NCBI GenBank assembly: GCA_964057225.1
Contig: OZ059897.1
Location: 496,001-560,000, forward strand
Source: Auanema rhodensis
Taxonomy: Eukaryota; Animalia; Nematoda
Length of the DNA stretch: 64,000 nt
Direction: 5' to 3'
Translations under genes and position numbers: made by a program
Shown: positions 54,301-64,000 of the stretch, one piece after another
Layout: each line of letters starts with the position of its first letter
How positions within the stretch are numbered: the first letter of the stretch is position 1
Notes under the pieces: model-generated
Told to the model about the DNA's origin: nothing
What the model saw: only the letters and a program-made list of their open reading frames with translations
The model's database searches: none

Positions 54301-57300
54301 TCGAAAAATTTCAAAATAATTTAGCGAAAAGTAGATGTTTTTAGATTCCTTTTTTCAAGGCAAAAACGATGGACAATGTTATTCAACGAAAAAATTAATT
54401 CTTCAGGGTGAAAATCGAGGATATAAGTGTGAACTTATATCAGTTGATATCTCGGTGCATTTTCAAGCTAGCGGAAATCTGATAACACAGATCGACGCAG
54501 CTTAAAAATGCGCATCGAATGCATTATACTACATGGAGAAACGCTCAATACAAAAATTAGTTATGATCGTTTGAAAAATGATGCATTAGTGTATGTTGAG
54601 TTTCCATGTACACTCAAAATTGCTTCCAAAAACATTTTGACAAAAATTTTTTCGAAAAATTTCAAAATAATTTAGCGAAAAGTAGATGTTTTTAGATTCC
54701 TTTTTTCGAGGCAAAAACGATGGACAATGTTATTCAACGAAAAAATTAATTCTTCAGGGTGAAAATCGAGGATATAAGTGTGAACTTATATCAGTTGATA
54801 TCTCGGTGCATTTTTCAGCTAGCGCAAATCTGATAACACAGATCGACGCAGCTTAAAAATCCGCATCGAATGCACTTTAATACATTAATAAAAGCTTAAT
54901 ACAAAAATTAGTTATGATCGTTTCAAAAATGATGCATTAGTGTATGTTGAGTTTCCATGTACACTCAACATTGCTTCCAAAAACATTTTGACAAAAATTT
55001 TTTCGAAATATTTCAAAATAATTTAGCAAAAAGTAGATGTTTTTAGATTCCTTTTTTTGAGGCAAAAACGATGGACAATGTTATTCAACGAAAAAATTAA
55101 TTCTTCAGGGTGAAAATCGAGGATATAGGTGTGAACTTATATCAGTTGATATCTCGGTGCATCTTTAAGCTAGCGCAAATCTGATAGTACAGATCGACGC
55201 AGCTTAAAAATGCGCATCGAATGCATTATACTACATGGAGAAACGCTCAATACAAAAATTAGTTATGATCGTTTGAAAAATGATGCATTAGTGTATGTTG
55301 AGTTTCCATGTACACTCAACATTGCTTCCAAAAACATTTTGACAAAACTTTTTTCGAAAAATTTCAAAATAATTTCGCAAAAAGTAGATGTTTTTAGATT
55401 CCTTTTTTCAAGGCAAAAACGATGGACAATGTTTTTCAACGAAAAAATTAATTCTTCAGGGTGAAAATCGAGGATATAAGTGTGAACTTATATCAGTTGA
55501 TATCTCGGTGCATTTTGAAGCTAGGGGAAATCTGATAACACAAATCGACGCAGCTTAATAATCCGCATCGAATGCACTATACTACATTGAGAAACGCTTA
55601 ATACAAAAATTAGTTATGATCGTTTGAAAAATGATGCATTAGTGTATGTTGAGTTTCCATGTACACTCAACATTGCTTCCAAAAACATTTTGAAAAAAAT
55701 TTTTTCGAAAAATTTCAAAATAATTTAGCGAAAAGTAGATGTTTTTAGATTCCTTTTTTCAAGGCAAAAACGATGGACAATGTTATTCAACGAAAAAATT
55801 AATTCTTCAGGGTGAAAATCGAGGATATAAGTGTGAACTTATATCAGTTGATATCTCGGTGCATTTTTAAGCTAGCGGAAATCTGATAACACAGATCGAC
55901 GCAGCTTAAAAATCCGCATCGAATGCACTATACTACATTAAGAAAAGCTGAATACAAAAATTAGTTATGATCGTTTGAAAAATGATGCATTAGTGTATGT
56001 TGAGTTTCCATGTACACTCAAAATTGCTTCCAAAAACATTTTGACAAAAATTTTTTCGAAAAATTTCAAAATAATTTAGCGAAAAGTAGATGTTTTTAGA
56101 TTCCTTTTTTCAAGGCAAAAACGATGGACAATGTTATTCAACGAAAAAATTAATTCTTCAGGGTGAAAATCGAGGATATAAGTGTGAACTTATATCAGTT
56201 GATATCTCGGTGCATTTTTCAGCTAGCGCAAATCTGATAACACAGATCGACGCAGCTTAAAAATCCGCATCGAATGCACTATACTACATTAAGAAAAGCT
56301 GAATACAAAAATTAGTTATGATCGTTTCAAAAATGATGCATTAGTGTATGTTGAGTTTCCATGTACACTCAACATTGCTTCCAAAAACATTTTGACAAAA
56401 ATTTTTTCGAAATATTTCAAAATAATTTAGCAAAAAGTAGATGTTTTTAGATTCCTTTTTTTGAGGCAAAAACGATGGACAATGTTATTCAACGAAAAAA
56501 TTAATTCTTCAGGGTGAAAATCGAGGATATAGGTGTGAACTTATATCAGTTGATATCTCGGTGCATCTTTAAGCTAGCGCAAATCTGATAGTACAGATCG
56601 ACGCAGCTTAAAAATGCGCATCGAATGCATTATACTACATGGAGAAACGCTCAATACAAAAATTAGTTATGATCGTTTGAAAAATGATGCATTAGTGTAT
56701 GTTGAGTTTCCATGTACACTCAACATTGCTTCCAAAAACATTTTGACAAAACTTTTTTCGAAAAATTTCAAAATAATTTCGCAAAAAGTAGATGTTTTTA
56801 GATTCCTTTTTTCAAGGCAAAAACGATGGACAATGTTTTTCAACGAAAAAATTAATTCTTCAGGGTGAAAATCGAGGATATAAGTGTGAACTTATATCAG
56901 TTGATATCTCGGTGCATTTTGAAGCTAGGGGAAATCTGATAACACAAATCGACGCAGCTTAATAATCCGCATCGAATGCACTATACTACATTGAGAAACG
57001 CTTAATACAAAAATTAGTTATGATCGTTTGAAAAATGATGCATTAGTGTATGTTGAGTTTCCATGTACACTCAACATTGCTTCCAAAAACATTTTGAAAA
57101 AAATTTTTTCGAAAAATTTCAAAATAATTTAGCGAAAAGTAGATGTTTTTAGATTCCTTTTTTCAAGGCAAAAACGATGGACAATGTTATTCAACGAAAA
57201 AATTAATTCTTCAGGGTGAAAATCGAGGATATAAGTGTGAACTTATATCAGTTGATATCTCGGTGCATTTTTAAGCTAGCGGAAATCTGATAACACAGAT

Positions 57301-58900
57301 CGACGCAGCTTAAAAATCCGCATCGAATGCACTATACTACATTAAGAAAAGCTGAATACAAAAATTAGTTATGATCGTTTGAAAAATGATGCATTAGTGT
57401 ATGTTGAGTTTCCATGTACACTCAAAATTGCTTCCAAAAACATTTTGACAAAAATTTTTTCGAAAAATTTCAAAATAATTTAGCGAAAAGTAGATGTTTT
57501 TAGATTCCTTTTTTCGAGGCAAAAACGATGGACAATGTTATTCAACGAAAAAATTAATTCTTCAGGGTGAAAATCGAGGATATAAGTGTGAACTTATATC
57601 AGTTGATATCTCGGTGCATTTTTCAGCTAGCGCAAATCTGATAACACAGATCGACGCAGCTTAATAATCCGCATCGAATGCACTATACTACATTAAGAGA
57701 AGCTTAATACAAGAATTAGTTATGATCGTTTGAAAAATGATGCATTAGTGTATGTTGAGTTTCCATGTACACTCAACATTGCTTCCAAAAACATTTTGAC
57801 AAAACTTTTTTCGAAAAATTTCAAAATAATTTCGCAAAAAGTAGATGTTTTTAGATTCCTTTTTTCAAGGCAAAAACGATGGACAATGTTTTTCAACGAA
57901 AAAATTAATTCTTCAGGGTGAAAATCGAGGATATAAGTGTGAACTTATATCAGTTGATATCTCGGTGCATTTTGAAGCTAGGGGAAATCTGATAACACAA
58001 ATCGACGCAGCTTAATAATCCGCATCGAATGCACTATACTACATTGAGAAACGCTTAATACAAAAATTAGTTATGATCGTTTGAAAAATGATGCATTAGT
58101 GTATGTTGAGTTTCCATGTACACTCAACATTGCTTCCAAAAACATTTTGAAAAAAATTTTTTCGAAAAATTTCAAAATAATTTAGCGAAAAGTAGATGTT
58201 TTTAGATTCCTTTTTTCAAGGCAAAAACGATGGACAATGTTATTCAACGAAAAAATTAATTCTTCAGGGTGAAAATCGAGGATATAAGTGTGAACTTATA
58301 TCAGTTGATATCTCGGTGCATTTTTAAGCTAGCGGAAATCTGATAACACAGATCGACGCAGCTTAAAAATCCGCATCGAATGCACTATACTACATTAAGA
58401 AAAGCTGAATACAAAAATTAGTTATGATCGTTTGAAAAATGATGCATTAGTGTATGTTGAGTTTCCATGTACACTCAAAATTGCTTCCAAAAACATTTTG
58501 ACAAAAATTTTTTCGAAAAATTTCAAAATAATTTAGCGAAAAGTAGATGTTTTTAGATTCCTTTTTTCGAGGCAAAAACGATGGACAATGTTATTCAACG
58601 AAAAAATTAATTCTTCAGGGTGAAAATCGAGGATATAAGTGTGAACTTATATCAGTTGATATCTCGGTGCATTTTTCAGCTAGCGCAAATCTGATAACAC
58701 AGATCGACGCAGCTTAATAATCCGCATCGAATGCACTATACTACATTAAGAGAAGCTTAATACAAGAATTAGTTATGATCGTTTGAAAAATGATGCAATA
58801 GTGTATGTTGAGTTTCCATGTACACTCAAAATTGCTTCCAAAAACATTTTGACAAAAATTTTTTCGAAAAATTTCAAAATAATTTAGCGAAAAGTAGATG
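39361..58900 (+). repeat. Satellite B domain II (351-bp register, variable 3- to 6-mer HORs)
   Basis: Diagnostic variants GCTAGGGGAAA, CTGATAGTACAG, AAAATGCGCATC, ACAAAACTTTTTT and TGTTTTTCAACG. Marker spacings are 1053, 1404, 1755, 2106 and 4563 bp. Boundaries are approximate. Confidence 0.85.
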
Positions 58901-61900
58901 TTTTTAGAATCCTTTTTTCAAGGCAAAAACGATGGACAATGTTATTCAACGAAAAAATTAATTCTTCAGGGTGAAAATCGAGGATATAAGTGTGAACTTA
59001 TATCAGTTGATATCTCGGTGCATTTTTCAGCTAGCGCAAATCTGATAACACAGATCGACGCAGCTTAAAAATCCGCATCGAATGCACTATACTACATTAA
59101 GAAAAGCTTAATACAAAAATTAGTTATGATCGTTTGAAAAATGATGCATTAGTGTATGTTGAGTTTCCATGTACACTCAAAATTGCTTCCAAAAACATTT
59201 TGACAAAAATTTTTTCGAAAAATTTCAAGATAATTTAGCGAAAAGTAGATGTTTTTAGATTCCTTTTTTCGAGGCAAAAACGATGGACAATGTTATTCAA
59301 CGAAAAAATTAATTCTTCAGGGTGAAAATCGAGGATATAAGTGTGAACTTATATCAGTTGATATCTCGGTGCATTTTTCAGCTAGCGCAAATCTGATAAC
59401 ACAGATCGACGCAGCTTAAAAATCCGCATCGAATGCACTATACTACATTAAGAAAAGCTGAATACAAAAATTAGTTATGATCGTTTGAAAAATGATGCAT
59501 TAGTGTATGTTGAGTTTCCATGTACACTCAAAACTGCTTCCAAAAACATTTTGACAAAAATTTTTTCGAAAAATTTCAAAATAATTTAGCGAAAAGTAGA
59601 TGTTTTTAGATTCCTTTTTTCGAGGCAAAAACGATGGACAATGTTATTCAACGAAAAAATTAATTCTTCAGGGTGAAAATCGAGGATATAAGTGTGAACA
59701 TATATCAGTTGATATCTCGGCGCATTTTTAAGCCAGCGCAAATCTGATAACACAGATCGACGCAGCTTAAAAATCCGCATCGAATGCACTATACTACATT
59801 AAGAAAAGCTGAATACAAAAATTAGTTATGATCGTTTGAAAAATGATGCATTAGTGTATGTTGAGTTTCCATGTACACTCAAAATTGCTTCCAAAAACAT
59901 TTTGACAAAAATTTTTTCGAAAAATTTCAAAATAATTTAGCGAAAAGTAGATGTTTTTAGATTCCTGTTTTCGAGGCAAAAACGATGGACAATGTTATTC
60001 AACGAAAAAATTAATTCTTCAGGGTGAAAATCGAGGATATAAGTGTGAACTTATATCAGTTGATATCTCGGTGCATTTTTCAGCTAGCGCAAATCTGATA
60101 ACACAGATCGACGCAGCTTAAAAATCCGCATCGAATGCACTATACTACATTAGGAAAAGCTTAATACAAAAATTAGTTATGATCGTTTGAAAAATGATGC
60201 ATTAGTGTATGTTGAGTTTCCATGTACACTCAAAATTGCTTCCAAAAACATTTTGACAAAAATTTTTTCGAAAAATTTCAAAATAATTTAGCGAAAAGTA
60301 GATGTTTTTAGATTCCTTTTTTCGAGGCAAAAACGATGGACAATGTTATTCAACGAAAAAATTAATTTTTCAGGGTGAAAATCGAGGATATAAGTGTGAA
60401 CTTATATCAGTTGATATCTCGGTGCATTTTTCAGCTAGCGCAAATCTGATAACACAGATCGACGCAGCTTAAAAATCCGCATCGAATGCACTATACTACA
60501 TTAGGAAAAGCTTAATACAAAAATTAGTTATGATCGTTTGAAAAATGATGCATTAGTGTATGTTGAGTTTCCATGTACACTCAAAATTGCTTCCAAAAAC
60601 ATTTTGACAAAAATTTTTTCGAAAAATTTCAAGATAATTTAGCGAAAAGTAGATGTTTTTAGATTCCTTTTTTCGAGGCAAAAACGATGGACAATGTTAT
60701 TCAACGAAAAAATTAATTCTTCAGGGTGAAAATCGAGGATATAAGTGTGAACTTATATCAGTTGATATCTCGGTGCATTTTTCAGCTAGCGCAAATCTGA
60801 TAACACAGATCGACGCAGCTTAAAAATCCGCATCGAATGCACTATACTACATTAAGAAAAGCTGAATACAAAAATTAGTTATGATCGTTTGAAAAATGAT
60901 GCATTAGTGTATGTTGAGTTTCCATGTACACTCAAAATTGCTTCCAAAAACATTTTGACAAAAATTTTTTCGAAAAATTTCAAAATAATTTAGCGAAAAG
61001 TAGATGTTTTTAGATTCCTTTTTTCGAGGCAAAAACGATGGACAATGTTATTCAACGAAAAAATTAATTCTTCAGGGTGAAAATCGAGGATATAAGTGTG
61101 AACTTATATCAGTTGATATCTCGGTGCATTTTTCAGCTAGCGCAAATCTGATAACACAGATCGACGCAGCTTAAAAATCCGCATCGAATGCACTATACTA
61201 CATTAGGAAAAGCTTAATACAAAAATTAGTTATGATCGTTTGAAAAATGATGCATTAGTGTATGTTGAGTTTCCATGTACACTCAAAATTGCTTCCAAAA
61301 ACATTTTGACAAAAATTTTTTCGAAAAATTTCAAGATAATTTAGCGAAAAGTAGATGTTTTTAGATTCCTTTTTTCGAGGCAAAAACGATGGACAATGTT
61401 ATTCAACGAAAAAATTAATTCTTCAGGGTGAAAATCGAGGATATAAGTGTGAACTTATATCAGTTGATATCTCGGTGCATTTTTCAGCTAGCGCAAATCT
61501 GATAACACAGATCGACGCAGCTTAAAAATCCGCATCGAATGCACTATACTACATTAAGAAAAGCTGAATACAAAAATTAGTTATGATCGTTTGAAAAATG
61601 ATGCATTAGTGTATGTTGAGTTTCCATGTACACTCAAAACTGCTTCCAAAAACATTTTGACAAAAATTTTTTCGAAAAATTTCAAAATAATTTAGCGAAA
61701 AGTAGATGTTTTCAAATTTCTTTTTTCGAGGCAAAAACGATGGACAATGTTATTCAACGAAAAAATTAATTCTTCAGGGTGAAAATCGAGGATATAAGTG
61801 TGAACCTATATCAGTTGATATCTCGGCGCATTTTTAAGCCAGCGCAAATCTGATAACACAGATCGACGCAGCTTAAAAATCCGCATCGAATGCACTATAC

Positions 61901-64000
61901 TACATTAAGAAAAGCTGAATACAAAAATTAGTTATGATCGTTTGAAAAATGATGCATTAGTGTATGTTGAGTTTCCATGTACACTCAAAATTGCTTCCAA
62001 AAACATTTTGACAAAAATTTTTTCGAAAAATTTCAAAATAATTTAGCGAAAAGTAGATGTTTTTAGATTCCTTTTTTCGAGGCAAAAACGATGGACAATG
62101 TTATTCAACGAAAAAATTAATTCTTCAGGGTGAAAATCGAGGATATAAGTGTGAACTTATATCAGTTGATATCTCGGTGCATTTTTCAGCTAGCGCAAAT
62201 CTGATAACACAGATCGACGCAGCTTAAAAATCCGCATCGAATGCACTATACTACATTAAGAAAAGCTTAATACAAAAATTAGTTATGATCGTTTGAAAAA
62301 TGATGCAATAGTGTATGTTGAGTTTCCATGTACACTCAAAATTGCTTCCAAAAACATTTTGACAAAAATTTTTTCGAAAAATTTCAAAATAATTTAGCGA
62401 AAAGTAGATGTTTTTAGATTCCTTTTTTCGAGGCAAAAACGATGGACAATGTTATTCAACGAAAAAATTAATTCTTCAGGGTGAAAATCGAGGATATAAG
62501 TGTGAACTTATATCAGTTGATATCTCGGTGCATTTTTCAGCTAGCGCAAATCTGATAACACAGATCGACGCAGCTTAAAAATCCGCATCGAATGCACTAT
62601 ACTACATTAGGAAAAGCTTAATACAAAAATTAGTTATGATCGTTTGAAAAATGATGCATTAGTGTATGTTGAGTTTCCATGTACACTCAAAATTGCTTCC
62701 AAAAACATTTTGACAAAAATTTTTTCGAAAAATTTCAAGATAATTTAGCGAAAAGTAGATGTTTTTAGATTCCTTTTTTTGAGGCAAAAACGATGGACAA
62801 TGTTATTCAACGAAAAAATTAATTCTTCAGGGTGAAAATCGAGGATATAAGTGTGAACTTATATCAGTTGATATCTCGGTGCATTTTTCAGCTAGCGCAA
62901 ATCTGATAACACAGATCGACGCAGCTTAAAAATCCGCATCGAATGCACTATACTACATTAAGAAAAGCTGAATACAAAAATTAGTTATGATCGTTTGAAA
63001 AATGATGCATTAGTGTATGTTGAGTTTCCATGTACACTCAAAACTGCTTCCAAAAACATTTTGACAAAAATTTTTTCGAAAAATTTCAAAATAATTTAGC
63101 GAAAAGTAGATGTTTTTAAATTCCTTTTTTCGAGGCAAAAACGATGGACAATGTTATTCAACGAAAAAATTAATTCTTCAGGGTGAAAATCGAGGATATA
63201 AGTGTGAACCTATATCAGTTGATATCTCGGCGCATTTTTAAGCCAGCGCAAATCTGATAACACAGATCGACGCAGCTTAAAAATCCGCATCGAATGCACT
63301 ATACTACATTAAGAAAAGCTGAATACAAAAATTAGTTATGATCGTTTGAAAAATGATGCATTAGTGTATGTTGAGTTTCCATGTACACTCAAAATTGCTT
63401 CCAAAAACATTTTGACAAAAATTTTTTCGAAAAATTTCAAAATAATTTAGCGAAAAGTAGATGTTTTTAGATTCCTTTTTTCGAGGCAAAAACGATGGAC
63501 AATGTTATTCAACGAAAAAATTAATTCTTCAGGGTGAAAATCAAGGATATAGGTGTGAACTTATAGCAGTTGATATCTCGGTGCATTTTTAAGCTAGCGG
63601 AAATCTGATAACACAGATCGACGCAGCTTAAAAATCCGCATCGAATGCACTACACTACATTAAGAAAAGCTTAATACAAAAATTAGTTATGATCGTTTGA
63701 AAAATGATGCAATAGTGTATGTTGAGTTTCCATGTACACTCAAAATTGCTTCCAAAAACATTTTGACAAAAATTTTTTCGAAAAATTTCAAAATAATTTA
63801 GCAAAAAGTAGATGTTTTTAGATTCCTTTTTTCAAGGCAAAAACGATGGACAATGTTAATCAACGAAAAAATTAATTCTTCAGGGTGAAAATCGAGGATA
63901 TAGGTGTGAACTTATATCAGTTGATATCTCGGTGCATTTTTAAGCTAGCGGAAATGTGATAACACAGATCGACGCAGCTTGAAAATCCGCATCGAATGCA
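58901..64000 (+). repeat. Satellite B domain III
   Basis: Domain II markers disappear and new ones appear (TTCAAGATAA, CATTAGGAAAAG, CTCAAAACTG, CTCGGCGCAT...AAGCCAGC). CTCAAAACTG recurs at ~59527, 61633 and 63037 (2106 and 1404 bp). Confidence 0.8.

Larger units (their letters stand above)
28163..64000 (+). repeat. Satellite B array, 351-bp monomer (~102 copies), single orientation, truncated by window end
   Basis: The monomer AAATCTGATAACACAGATCGACGCAGC...TTTAAGCTAGCGC repeats head-to-tail. The TTGAAAAATGATGC anchor lies at 28259, 33518, 39478, 39829, 57730 and 63697. Strand assignment is arbitrary. Confidence 0.98.

Noticed and set aside
33518-62436. Repeated 61-84 aa ORFs (MKNDALVYVEF..., MRIECIIL...) in satellite B
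   Set aside because: These frames are open only in monomers where a single variant removes a TAG; most copies are closed. No recognisable domain.
1-64000. CRISPR array
   Set aside because: Units are 178-351 bp with no unique spacers and no cas genes.

Overview
The window is non-coding, very AT-rich tandem-repeat DNA that looks like eukaryotic (peri)centromeric or heterochromatic satellite; the organism cannot be identified from the sequence alone. Satellite A (178-184 bp monomers, about 150 copies) fills 1-27312 and changes orientation twice: + to ~5282, - from ~5283 to 26648, then + again to 27312. It has a 183-bp subfamily at its edges and a 178/179-bp subfamily with local higher-order repeats (HORs) in its core. 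An ~850-bp unique island (27313-28162) follows. It holds a perfect 24-bp inverted repeat pair (27572-27595 / 28141-28164) that brackets a ~590-bp MITE-like segment, whose right end is fused directly to the start of an unrelated satellite B. Satellite B (351-bp monomer, about 102 copies, 28163-64000, running off the window) is built largely from hairpins/dyads and splits into three variant domains with distinct HORs. All supplied ORFs are satellite reading-frame artefacts. I found no credible gene, RNA gene or CRISPR array.
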